Shown here in pieces: positions 40,917 through 52,200 of a DNA stretch of 64,000 nucleotides. Source of the stretch: Dehalococcoidia bacterium (GTDB lineage: Bacteria; Chloroflexota; Dehalococcoidia; SHYD01); NCBI GenBank assembly GCA_965220215.1, contig OZ244809.1, forward strand, positions 759,702 through 823,701, read 5' to 3'. Position 1 is the stretch's first letter, and every line of letters begins with the position of its first letter. The position numbers and the translations under genes are program-made. The notes beneath the pieces are model-generated. The model did no database searches. It was not told where the DNA came from and saw only the letters and a program-made list of their open reading frames with translations.

Positions 40917-40951
40917 TTGCTTGTGGATAACTTCCTTGCTATAATTAGCAA
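40917..40951 (+). promoter_or_regulatory. Promoter of the SufR-like gene, with an overlapping palindrome
   Basis: TTGCTT-N17-TATAAT (TG-extended); TTGCTA-TAAT-TAGCAA inverted repeat at 40936-40951. Confidence 0.7.
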
Positions 40952-40977
40952 AAGCATATGTTAGTTCACCTCTAGAC

Positions 40978-41658
40978 ATGCCAATCCAAGAAACGCGCTG
41001 GGCAATCCTGCAACATTTGAAGCGCCAAAAGGCCAGTACCGTAGAGACGCTGGCCCAAGCGCTGCAAATGGCGCCCATGACGGTGCGGCAACACTTAGCC
41101 GTCCTGGAGCGGGAAGACCTCATCTCCTCTCACTCTGTGCGTAAGGGTCCGGGACGTCCCGCCTTCTCCTACACCCTTACCGACAATGCGGAGGAGCTCT
41201 TTCCAAAGAGCTACGACAAGCTGGCGGCTCGGCTGCTGGACGAAGTGCGCGCCTTGGACGGCCCCGAGCTTGCGTTCCTCTCCGGCCAGGAGAAGATCGC
41301 CCTTGTATTCCGCAACATGGCCGTCAACATGGCGGGTGACTATCGCGAGGACATAAAGGGCGAAACGCTGCAGGAGCGCACCGGACAACTAATAAACCTG
41401 CTGGAAGAGCGAGAAGGCACCCTTTCGGAATGGACGCCTACGGAAGACGGCGCGGAAGTTGTGGACTACAACTGCCCCTTCCAACGCGTGGCGGCGGAGG
41501 AGCCGGAGCTGTGCTCCTGGCACGTCCACTTCCTGGCAGAGGTTTTGAGTGCACAAGTGCACATGGAGCGCAATATTATCCAGGGTCAGTCCTGTTGCCG
41601 CTACCAGGTAGAGCCCACTGCAGTGACACAAGACCCGGAACATACTTCTACCAGCTAG
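40978..41658 (+). CDS. SufR-like winged-helix regulator with C-terminal Cys cluster ligands
   Basis: wHTH (TVRQHLAVLE, GPGRP..Y.LT) plus NCPF...ELC...SCC. Confidence 0.75.
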   Translation: MPIQETRWAILQHLKRQKASTVETLAQALQMAPMTVRQHLAVLEREDLISSHSVRKGPGRPAFSYTLTDNAEELFPKSYDKLAARLLDEVRALDGPELAFLSGQEKIALVFRNMAVNMAGDYREDIKGETLQERTGQLINLLEEREGTLSEWTPTEDGAEVVDYNCPFQRVAAEEPELCSWHVHFLAEVLSAQVHMERNIIQGQSCCRYQVEPTAVTQDPEHTSTS

Positions 41659-41749
41659 CCATTGGGCTGGCTGTTTCTGAGTAGCAAGCAAATCGTTATC
41701 ACAACACCCTACTGTAGCGCGGTGCATTACCGCGGGAGGAGCAACAATA

Positions 41750-42838
41750 ATGGCCATCACTGAAGCCCAAGTGCTGAGCGTCCTCAGCCAGGTGAAAGAC
41801 CCGGAGCTGGGACGGGACGTAGTCAGCTTGGACATGATCAAAGACCTCACTATCAAGGACGACGCCGTCGACCTGAAGCTGGTCCTCACCACGCCGGCCT
41901 GTCCCGTGCGGGAGGAGTTTCAGCAGTCGGTCCACGATGCCGTCGCAGGGATTGCGGGTGTCGCTAAGGTGAACCTGACGTTGGACGCGCAGGTGTCCGG
42001 CGTTACCGGCGGGGGCAAGATCGCGCCCAATGTCCGCAACATTATCGCAGTGGGCTCAGGCAAGGGCGGCGTGGGCAAGAGCACCGTGGCGGTCAACCTT
42101 GCCATCTCCTTGCATCGCATGGGCGCCAGTGTGGGCATCCTAGACGCGGACATCTACGGCCCCAACGTGCCCCGCATGATGGGCGTCAAAAACATGCCCC
42201 AGCCCCAGGGCAGCACCAGCATCCCCGTTATCGAAAACTACGGCATCAAGATCATGTCTATGGGCTTCTTCATTCCCGACGGCCAGGCTGTGGTCTGGCG
42301 CGGCCCTATGATCCACGGCGCTATCCAGCAGATGCTCAAGGACGTGGACTGGGGTGAGCTGGATTACCTTATCATCGACCTGCCGCCCGGCACCGGCGAC
42401 GCCTCGCTGAGCCTCGCGCAGCTTGTACCCCTCACCGGCGCGGTCATCGTCCTCACCCCCTCTGAGGTGGCGTTGGAGGACGGCGTAAAAGCCATCTCGA
42501 TGTTCCGCAAGTTGGAAGTTCCCATCCTGGGGCTCATCGAGAACATGAGCTACTTCACCTGCCCGCACTGCGACGAGCCTGTGGACATCTTTGGCCGCGG
42601 CGCAAGCAAACGTGTATGCCAGCAGTACAGCATTGAGTTCCTGGGCGAAATCCCCATCGACCCTATGGTGCGCATCGGCGGCGACGATGGCATCCCGGCA
42701 AGCGTAGGCGCGCCGGAGAGTCCCACCGCCAAGCAGTTCGCAGAAGTGGCGCGCGGGTTGGCGGGCAAGATCAGCATTCAAAACCTTAACCGCTCAGAGG
42801 CCCTGCCTAACATCCAGATGTACTCAGCGCCAAGATAG
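41750..42838 (+). CDS. mrp: Mrp/ApbC Fe-S carrier ATPase with N-terminal DUF59 domain
   Basis: DPELGRDVV..., TTPACP, GKGGVGKST, WRGPM, DLPPGTGD and ENMSYFTCPHC. Confidence 0.93.
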   Translation: MAITEAQVLSVLSQVKDPELGRDVVSLDMIKDLTIKDDAVDLKLVLTTPACPVREEFQQSVHDAVAGIAGVAKVNLTLDAQVSGVTGGGKIAPNVRNIIAVGSGKGGVGKSTVAVNLAISLHRMGASVGILDADIYGPNVPRMMGVKNMPQPQGSTSIPVIENYGIKIMSMGFFIPDGQAVVWRGPMIHGAIQQMLKDVDWGELDYLIIDLPPGTGDASLSLAQLVPLTGAVIVLTPSEVALEDGVKAISMFRKLEVPILGLIENMSYFTCPHCDEPVDIFGRGASKRVCQQYSIEFLGEIPIDPMVRIGGDDGIPASVGAPESPTAKQFAEVARGLAGKISIQNLNRSEALPNIQMYSAPR

Positions 42839-42864
42839 TAGCCCTGTACCCACAGAACGCTCTA

Positions 42865-42892
42865 AGGGCGGTCACTATCAGGTGACCGCCCT
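42865..42892. terminator. Hairpin after mrp (probable terminator)
   Basis: AGGGCGGTCAC-N6-GTGACCGCCCT; weak U tract. Confidence 0.6.
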
Positions 42893-42930
42893 CTTCGCGC
42901 CCTATAGGGACAGCCGCGACGACTATCTTC

Positions 42931-43335
42931 ACCCTCACCCTAACCCTCCCCCATCAAGGGGGAGGGGACAACTACGTCCTCCCTAACTCCTTCCCCCCTC
43001 GCGGGGGAAGGTTGGGATGGGGGCGCTCACCGCTTCCCCTACGCCGTATGCCGTGGTTGCTCATGTTAGAGAAGCTCTATTCCGTGACTTATCTGGAGGA
43101 ACAGCAGCAGATTATGCTCAATCGCTGGAGCAGGGCAGAAATCCTGTAGGGGCGGGTTTGAAACCCGCCCCTACGAACACCAACGGGCTTCCCAAAGCCG
43201 TCCGTAGCTTTAAGATGTTCTCCGCGCGTAAGAGAAACGCGCTCCGCGGTACGCCAGGTACGTCGGTCTAGCAACGGTCGTATCAGGAGAAAATAGTTTG
43301 TGCACCCCCATCCTAACCTTCCCCCATCAAGGGGC
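42931..43335 (+). mobile_element. RAYT (REP-associated tyrosine transposase) remnant, copy C, with flanking G/C hairpins
   Basis: REP at 43146-43174 read in frame as GAGLKPAPT, then LPKAVRSFKMFSARKRNALRGTPGTSV*QRSY, resembling the RAYT segment FKxxSARxIN....TP...WQRNY. Confidence 0.7.
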
Positions 43336-43435
43336 TTTGCACACAAACTCTATTTTTTCCACTACTTTTTGTGCAACTTGCCATTCTGCACAAAAAGTAG
43401 TCACAACTTGTACAAGTTGTGGCTACTTTGAAAAG

Positions 43436-45965
43436 GTATAAGTTGAAGAACAGCCTAACCAAGCAAACGGTGGGTGATGCCGTCGAGCAGTACAAGCGTG
43501 ACCGACACCCTAGCGAGAAGCTCTTCGAGCTTGGTCGCTGCCTGGCCCACTTCGCCGTCGATGACCAGGCGGTGCAGTTCTGCACGCACCTTCAGGGCAA
43601 GGCGTCATGGTTCCTGCCCTTCAACCGGGGGTGGAACGACGGTGCGGGCAATCCGCCGAACCCCAACGGCCTCAAGACCGACTACCTGTGGAAGCAGGCC
43701 CTCACCCGCGATGGGCTCACCGACATCATCGAGAACTACGCCCAGGTTGTGGAGACGAGAGACGACAAGACCGGGCGCAAGAGGCGGCAGCAGATATGGC
43801 CCCGCTACCACCAGCTAGAAGTGGTGCGCAGGCTGTTGGCCGATGCATCCATTGGCGGAGTCGGCCCCAAGTATCTGATTCAGCACTCGGCTGGCAGCGG
43901 CAAGTCCAACTCCATCGCGTGGCTGGCCCACCAACTCATCGGGCTGGAGGAGGACGGCAAGACGGTCTTTGATTCTGCGATCGTCGTCACGGACCGCAAG
44001 ATACTAGACAAGCAAATACGGGACACCATCAAGCAGTTCGCCCAGGTCGGCTCCGTCGTGGGCCATGCCGAAAGCTCCGGCCATCTCCGCGCCCTGCTCC
44101 AGGATGGCAAGCGGATCGTCATCACCACGGTCCAGAAGTTCCCCTTCATCCTGGACGCCATCGGCAACGAGCACCGAGGTCGCAAGTTTGCCATCATTAT
44201 CGACGAGGCCCACTCAAGCTAGGGCGGCCGGACGTCTGCGGCCGTGTCCAGGGCGCTGGGAGAAGCCGGCGTAGAAGAAGAGGAAGAGACCACCGAGGAC
44301 AAGATCAACCGGCTGATGGAGTCCAAGAAGCTGCTGCCCAACGCCAGCTACTTCGCCTTCACCGCCACCCCCAAGAACAAGACCCTAGAGATATTCGGCA
44401 CGCCCGTCCCCGAAGGTGGGAAGACCAGGCATGCGCCCTTCCACTCCTACACGATGAAGCAGGCCATCCAAGAAGGGTTCATCATCGACGTGCTGCAGCA
44501 CTACACGCCGGTGGACAGCTACTATCGGCTAGTGAAGACGGTAGAGGGAGACCCGGAGTTCGACACCAAGCGGGCCGGGAAGAAGCTTGGCCGCTATGTG
44601 GAGGATAACGACCACGCCATACGCCTGAAGGCGGAGAGCATGGTGGACCACTTCCACGAGCAGGTGGCTGGCTTGCAGAAGATAGGCGGGCAGGCGCGGG
44701 CAATGGTGGTCACGAGCAGCATTCAACGGGCCATCAGCTACTACTACGCCATCCGGGACCACCTTGTGGAGCGCAAGAGCCCCTACCGGGCCATCGCCGC
44801 ATTCTCCGGCGAGCACGAGCACGATGGCGTGAAGGTCACCGAAGCATCTCTCAACGGTTTCTCGTCTAACCTGATTGCAGACAAGATCCAGGAAGACCCG
44901 TACCGCTTCTTGGTCTGCGCCGATAAGTTTCAGACGGGGTACGATGAGCCGCTGCTGCACACCATGTACGTGGACAAGCCACTCTCGGGAATCAAGGCCA
45001 TGCAGACGCTGTCGCGTCTCAACCGGGCACATCCCAAGAAACATGACGCCTTCGTACTGGACTTCTCCAACGACGCGGACACGATCCAGGCCGCCTTCGC
45101 CGATTACTACCGCACCACCTTCTTGGCTGAGGAGACCGATCCTAACAGGCTGCACGACCTCAAGGCGGCGCTCGACGGCTTTCAGGTCTACGTACCTGCG
45201 CAGTTGGACGAGTTGGTGGAGCTGTTCCTGTCCAAGGCCGACCGTGCCCGGCTCGACCCGATCCTGGATGCCTGTGTCTCGGTCTACCGTGAGCAGTTGG
45301 ACGAGGATGGCCAAGTGGACTTCAAAGGCAAGGCGAAGGCATTCCTCCGGGCCTACGGGTTCCTGGCAGCCATTCTGCCCTACACTTACGCCGAGTGGGA
45401 GAAGCTCTCCATCTTCCTCACTTTCTTGGTTCCCAAGCTGCCCGCGCCCATCGAGGACGACCTGTCGAAGGGGATTCTCGAAGCAATCGACATGGACAGT
45501 TACCGGGTGGAGAAGCAGGAGGTTCAGGACATCCAGCTTCCCGACTAGGACGCGGAGATTGGGCCGGTCCCTACCGAGGGTGGAGGTCAGAAGCCGGAAC
45601 CGGAGATGGACCGGCTCTCCAACATCATCAGGGATTTCAACGACCGCTTCGGCAACATCGAGTGGAAGGACCCGGACAAGATCAAGAAGGTAATCACTGA
45701 AGAGTTGCCCGTGAAGGTGGCCGCGGATAGGGCGTACCAGAACGCCATGGCCAACTCTGACCAGCAGAACGCCCGGATTGAGTACAACAAGGCCCTAGAA
45801 CGCGCCATGACCGAGCTTCTCGTAGACCACACCGAACTGTTCAAGCAGTTCAGCGACAATGAATCGTTCCGCCGGGGGCTCTCTGAGGTGGTCTTCGCCA
45901 TCACCTCTGACAGAGCCGCTGCGCTTAGTGGTACTTCAGCCCGGGGACAGCAGTCGGTAGAATAA
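43436..45965 (+). pseudogene. hsdR: Type I restriction enzyme R subunit, 5'-truncated with two in-frame TAG stops (44220, 45546)
   Basis: LKNSLTKQT, QHSAGSGKS, IIDEAHSS*GG, FTATPK and FQTGYDEP in one frame across three ORF-track pieces; no hsdM or hsdS in the window. Confidence 0.9.
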
Positions 45966-46081
45966 CGGCGGGTGCCGATTCTCCAATTGCTCCCCTTGTG
46001 GCCTCATAGACATTTCCCAAAGACTGGTAAGCAGGCCGCTAAACCGCGTATCGTCGCTTCCTCCTCGTGTGCGGGAGACGC

Positions 46082-46111
46082 AAAAGGAGGGGGCCTGCTG
46101 ACCCCCTCCTT
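46082..46111 (-). terminator. Intrinsic terminator of the giant FN3 gene
   Basis: AAGGAGGGGG-N8-CCCCCTCCTT, followed by T4 on the minus strand. Confidence 0.8.
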
Positions 46112-46253
46112 ACTCAACGCTGGTCTCCTCGCCTACCCCCTATCCCGGCGCTAGGAACACGTAGGTGGCGCTCCACGGTAGCAGGTCGCCGTCGCCCTGA
46201 ATCCGGGGCCGGACGCGCCAGTAGTAGATCTCGCCCGCCTCTACGGGGAAGGC
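46112..46253. repeat. Direct repeat, copy 1 (3' end of the giant gene), repeated at 52610-52751
   Basis: About 142 bp with high identity by visual alignment. Confidence 0.9.
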
Positions 46254-49200
46254 ATCCGGTACCACGTAGCTGTTGGGCGGGGTGCTGGCTCCGCCGTGGA
46301 CGTACTCACTGTAGAGGAAGGCGTTCGGTCCGAACGCGTAGTCCCTGCTTACCTGCACCTCGTAGTAGAACACGGCAGGGTTGGAGTTCGCCCAGGTCAA
46401 CGTCGGCGTGAGCGTGCTCACCTCCCCGTAGACCTGCGGCGCCACCGGGGTGATGGTGCTGCTGCTAGCCGGCAGAGTCTTGAAGCTGCTCACGGCCCAC
46501 GCGCTCCAGTCGTCCTCCGTGGGATTCGTAAGCACCGTGCTGGTGCGCACCCGCCAGAGGTAGGTCATATCGGGCAGCATCACGTAGTTGGGGTCAGCGC
46601 TGCCGAAGTTGGGGGCCAGGACCTGGTACTGTGCGGCCTGAACCAGCGCGCCGTCGCCGATAACCAGGTTGATGCCAGGACCGTCCTCGTTGAAGGGGAT
46701 CACCTGCACCTGGAACCAGGTGGTTTCGGGTGGCTGCATCCACTGCAGCAGCGGGCCCATGGACGAAGCATCGCCCATAGGCGGCTGGGTCAGAAGCGGG
46801 CCAGGGTCGGTGATGGCGACCAGGACGAAGGTGGAGAGGTGGTCGATGGTCACCACTAGCCTGCCGTGCATCACCTGCGCGGGCAGCACCACAATGCCGT
46901 TTGGGGTTACCACGCCCACGGCGAGGTGGTTCAGGTCACCGCCTGCGGCTGCCAGCTGTTCCGGCGTGGGGTTTATCTCAATGGTTAGGGGCTCGCCCAG
47001 GGTGAGGGGAGTTTCCGGAGTGATGTCGATGGTGAGCGGCAGCAGGGTAGTGCCGCTGGGCGCGGTCACGTCGCTCGGCGCTTCGTTGCTCACCGAGACA
47101 CTCACGTGCACCGGCAAGGCCACTGCGGTGGGCGGGAAGTTCACGTAGACGCCGCCCGGCAGGTCACCACCGCCGTTGAGGCCGAGGGTAGTACCCTCAG
47201 GAACCACTGTTGCGGTCACGTTCGGCTCAGCGGCAATCTGTCCGGAGAACTGCGGTCCGGTCGGGGTTGGTGTCGCCGTAGGAGTTGGGCTCGGTGTGGG
47301 CGTAGGGCTCGGCGTTGGGGTAGAGCGACTGCCGCCGCCACCACCGCCGCCACCGCCACCACCGCCGGAACTCGGTGGTGGCGGGCGAACGGAGCCCGGC
47401 GTGCCCGTCCTGCTGGCTGACCAGGGGCCGGCCACCGGGACGTCTTGTGGTTGGCGGCTGACCGCCCTGACCTGCACGTCGTACTTGACCGAGTTTTCCA
47501 AGTTGTGGAAGCCTGTAACCTCGTTTAGCCGGTATTCCAGGAGGTCGCCGGGAATCCAGATGTCGATCGCCTCCCTCCAGTTGGCGTCGTCGGCCTTGTC
47601 CGGCGCGTCGCTGCGGATGTAGCGCAGGTCGTAGGAGGTGATGGCAGACCCGCCGTCACTGGCCGGGGCGGTCCAGGTGATTGACAGAGCCCGGTCGCCG
47701 GGGGTAATCCGGGCGATGGTTGGGGCGCCAGGGGCGGTCCGTGGGGTATCGGTGGAGATGGTGGACCAGGGGCCGCCATCGGCAGCGTTGACGGCACGCA
47801 CCTGCACGTCATACTCGACGCCGTTGGTCAGACCGGAGAGGTCGTATTGCAGCGCACCGGAAGTCCAGACGCTGTCCTTCACCGTCCAGTTGTCGTCGGC
47901 CTTGTCCGGCGCGTCGCTGCGGATGTAGCGCACGTCGTAGGACGTGATAGCGGACCCGCCGTCATCGGCCGGGGGAGACCAGGCAATGGTGAGCGTCTCG
48001 TCGTCGGGGGTCACCGCGTCGATGGTCGGGGCTGCGGGTATCGTCCGAGGTACGCCGGAAATGGTGGCGGACCAGAGACCATCCCCGGCGGCGTTAACGG
48101 CACGCACCTGCACGTCGTACTCGACGCCGTTGGTCAGCAGGTCGAGGGTGTACCGGAGGACGCCGGCGGTCCAGATGGCGTACTCCTCCGTCCAGTAGAC
48201 GTCGGCCTTGTCCGGCGCGTCGCTGCGGATGTAGCGCAGGTCGTAGGAGGTGATGGCGGACCCGCCGGTGTCGGAAGGGGATGACCAGGACACGGCCAGG
48301 GCGCCGTCGCCGGGCGTGACCTGGTTGATGGTTGGGGCATCGGGCGCCGTTTGGGGAGTGGCGGAGGCCGGGGCCGACCAAGGGCCGGGGCCGACGCTAG
48401 TGACCGCGCGCAGCCGCACGTCGTACCGGACGCCGTTGGTCAGGCCGGCAAGATCGTACGACCGAGGGCCGGAGCTCCAGATGCCTTCCTGCAGCGACCA
48501 GTTGGCGTTGGCCTTGTTCGGTGCATCGCTGCGGATGTAGTGCACATCGTAGGACGTGACAGTGGCCCCGCCGGTATTGGAAGGGGCGGACCAGTCGATG
48601 GTGAGCTTCTCGTCACCGTGGGTCACCGTGTCGATGGTGGGGGCTGCGGGTATCGTTTGGAGTATGCCAGAGATGGCGCCGGACCACCGGCCGTCCCCAG
48701 CGACGTTGACGGCACGCACCTGCACGTCGTACCCGACGCCGCTGGTCAGACTGCCGAGGGTGTACCGGAGGGGGCCGGCAGTCCAGATGCCGTCCTGCTC
48801 CGTCCAGTTGTCGTCGGCCTTGTCCGTCGCGTCGCTGCGAATGTAGCGCAGGTCGTAGCTGGTAATCGTGCTGCCCCCGGTGTCGTCCGGGGCGGACCAG
48901 GCCACCGTGAGCGCCTGGTCGCCGGGAGTCACCGCGTCGATGGTGGGGGCGCTGGGTGTTGTCCGCGGTGTGCCGGCGCCGGTGCCGGACCAGAGTCCCT
49001 CCCCCACAATAGTCACCGCCCGCACCTGCACATCATAGTCCACACCGTTGGTCAGGCCGCCCCGATCGTGCCGCAGGTCGCCGGTAGTCCAGACGCTGTC
49101 CTTCACCGTCCAGTTGTCGTCGGCCTTGTTGGGGGCGTCGCTGCGGATGTAGCGCAGGTCGTAGGAGGTGATGGCGAACCCGCCGTCCCTGGCCGGGGCG

Positions 49201-52200
49201 GCCCAGGCCACCGTGAGCGTCTTATCGCCGGGGGTCACCGCGTCGATGGATGGCAGACCGGGCGTCGTCTGCGCCGTACCGGTCCTCACCGGGGACCATG
49301 GCCCCGCGCCCACGGCATTCACCGCCCGCACCTGCACCTCGTACGCGACGCCGTTGGTCAGGCCGGAGAGGTCGTATTGCAGCGCACCGGAGCTCCAGAC
49401 GCGGTCCTTCACCGTCCAGTTGTCGTCGTCGTCCTTGTCCGGCGCGTCGCTGCGAATGGAGCGCAGGTCGTAGCTGGTGATGTCGCGGCCGCCGTTACTG
49501 GCCGGGGCGGCCCAGGCCACCGTGAGCATTTCATCGCCCGACGTCACCGAGCTGACGGCCGGCGCGCCGGGGACGGTCTTCGGCGTGCCGGAGACCGATC
49601 CGGACCAGTTGCTAAAGTCGCTGGACAGTTCGCCGTACTTGTTTCTCCCCCGGACCTGGACCTGGTACCAGCGCCCGTTGACCAGGCGGTCAATGGTGTA
49701 TTCCAGGGGACTGGTCCCGGTGATGTTCCGGCGGTACTCCCAATCGTCGCTGTCCGGCGCCACACTGAATACGAATCGGAAGTGGGTATAGCGCACTTCA
49801 TAGCCGGTGATTTCGTCGTCGCCGCCGTCGGTCCAGGCAACCGTGAGCGCGCCGTCCCCTTCAGTCACCGAGTCGATCGTGAGTTCGACGGGCTTCCGCC
49901 GGGGGATTAGGGTCAGGCTGGACCAGGGACCTGGGCCAATTCGATTGCGGGCGCGCACCTGTATCTTGTACTCGACGTGGGGGGTCAGGTTCCCGACCCA
50001 CGTGTTGTTTCCCGTCGACGGCCCAAGAACGATGTCCCGAGCGGGCTCCGAACGCTTGACAACGTTCGTGGGGTCGCTCGTGGGGTGGTAGTGGATGTCG
50101 TAGGAGGTGACCGTGTGCCCGCCGTTGTCCGCGGGGCCTATCCACGAGAAGAAGATGCTGCTCTCGTGGGTCGAGATGCGTTTCAGGCTTCCCAGAGCGG
50201 CCGGGGCCCTGCCGGGGGAATCCAACGGCAGTGTTGCCGGCGGCCGGCTCGTTCTGCCGACGGAGCTGATCGAATAGGCGTCTATCGTGTACTTGACGCT
50301 GTTTTGCAGTCCGGTGATGGCATATTCCAGGGTTTCGGACGGGATGAGGTCGCTGGTTGTCCAATTGTTGATGTTGTTGTACCCCGGATCGTCCGACCGT
50401 ATGTAGCCCACCTTGTAGCCGGCCACGGTGACCCCCGGCTTGTCCGGGGCGGCGGACCATTTGACCGTGAGCGTGCCGTCGCTGGGGGTCACCGAGATGT
50501 TGCCGGGGGGGTTGGGTCTCTCCGCCTTGGGCGATGCGGTCATGGTGGCAGACCAGGGGCCGTCTCCGGCGCGGTTGGCCGCCCGCACCTGCACATCGTA
50601 GCGGACGCGGCTCATCAGGCCGACAATCGTGTGGTTCAATTCGCCGGTCAGGTCATCCACCTGCGTCCAGTTGCCGTCCGCCTTGTCGTCCGCGTCGCTG
50701 CGGATGTGGCGCAGGTCGTAGTGGGTGACGAGCGCCCCGCCATCATCAGCGGGGGCGTCCCAGAAAACCCGGAGTTGGCGGGGTGTTTCCTCCCAGAACG
50801 ACCCAATGACGGGAGCGCCCGGGATGGACGGATCCGTATTGTTGACGGTTGCGGACCAGGACCCCGCGCCAGCGGAGTTGACCGCCCGCAGCTGGAAGTC
50901 ATACTTGACGTCTGCGGTCAGCCCTTCAACCGTGTACTTCAGTGCGCCGGAGGTCCAGACGGTGTCCAGAACGGTCCAGTTGCCGTCGGCCTTGTCCGCC
51001 GCGTCGCTGCGGATGTGGCGCAGGTTATAGCCGGTGATGTCGGCGCCGCCGTCGTCTGCCGGGGCGGACCACCTGATGTGCACCGTCGCGCCGTCCGAAA
51101 TCGCCCGGTCAACGGTGGGCGCGCCAGCTACCACCGGGGTGGTTCCGGCAGTACCGGTGCGCGGATTGTTCCAGTCGGACCATCCGCTAGTGCCCTTTTC
51201 ATTGACCGCCTGCAGGCCCAGCCGGTACCGGACGCCGTTGTCCAGCCCGCTGAGGGTGTACTCCAGGTCGCCGGAGGTCCAGATGCCGGTTTCTTCGGTC
51301 CACACATAGAGGAAGTTAGAGCCCACCAAGTCGTTGCGCACGTACCGGAGGTTGTAGCTGCTTATGGCCCGGCCCTCATCACTCGCGGGGGGCGACCACG
51401 TGATGACGAGCGATCCGTCGCCCGGCGCCACCGTGTCGATGGAGGGCGTGCCGGGAGGCCCCACGGGGGTCCTGGTGACCCGTTCGGACCACGCGCCGGG
51501 ACCCGCGGCGTTGACCGCCCGCACCTGCATGTGATACGCGACGGCGTTGGTCAGGCCCAAGATTCTGTAGCTGCTGGCAGTCCTGCTGAAGTCCTCCAGG
51601 TACGTCCAGTTGGCATCGTCCGAATCGTCCGCGTCGCTCCTGATGTAGCGCAGGTCGTACGACGCGATGTCAGACCCGCCGTCGCTGTCGGGGCTCGACC
51701 ACACAATGGAAATCTGACGGTTGCTGGCAACCGCATACCCTAAGTAGGGGTCGGTCGGGACCGTTGCGGCCTTGCCCGAGACGGTGGCGGACCAGGCGCC
51801 GTTGTCGATGGCGTTGACCGCCCTGACCTGCACGTCGTACCGGGTGCCGTTCGTCAGTCCGCTGAGGGTGGACTCCAGAGCACCAGCACCGGTGGTCCAG
51901 ACGCTGAGTTCGACCGTCCAGTTGTCGTCGGCCTTGTCCTCGGCGTCGGTGGCGATGTAGCGCAGGTCGTACGAGGTAATGTCAGACCCGCCGTCACTCG
52001 CGGGAGCGGTCCAGACAACGGTTAGCGCTTGATCACTGGGGGTTAGCGACGCTATGGCCGGAGCCGGGGGCGCCGTTCCCTCACGAATTACCAGCACGGT
52101 GTAGGTCTGCGTCGTCGTCGTCCCGCTGTCCGTATGGCTCACCACCACGTTGACGCTCGTGCCGCCCACCATGGGGAGGTCCACCTGCTGGCCGGCGGTA

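Noticed and set aside
43436-45965. Amber (TAG) recoding or pyrrolysine read-through in hsdR
   Set aside because: Many core genes here (mraZ, rsmH, ftsI, murF, mraY, ftsZ, nrdJ) end in TAG at their expected C-termini, and the gene is also 5'-truncated.
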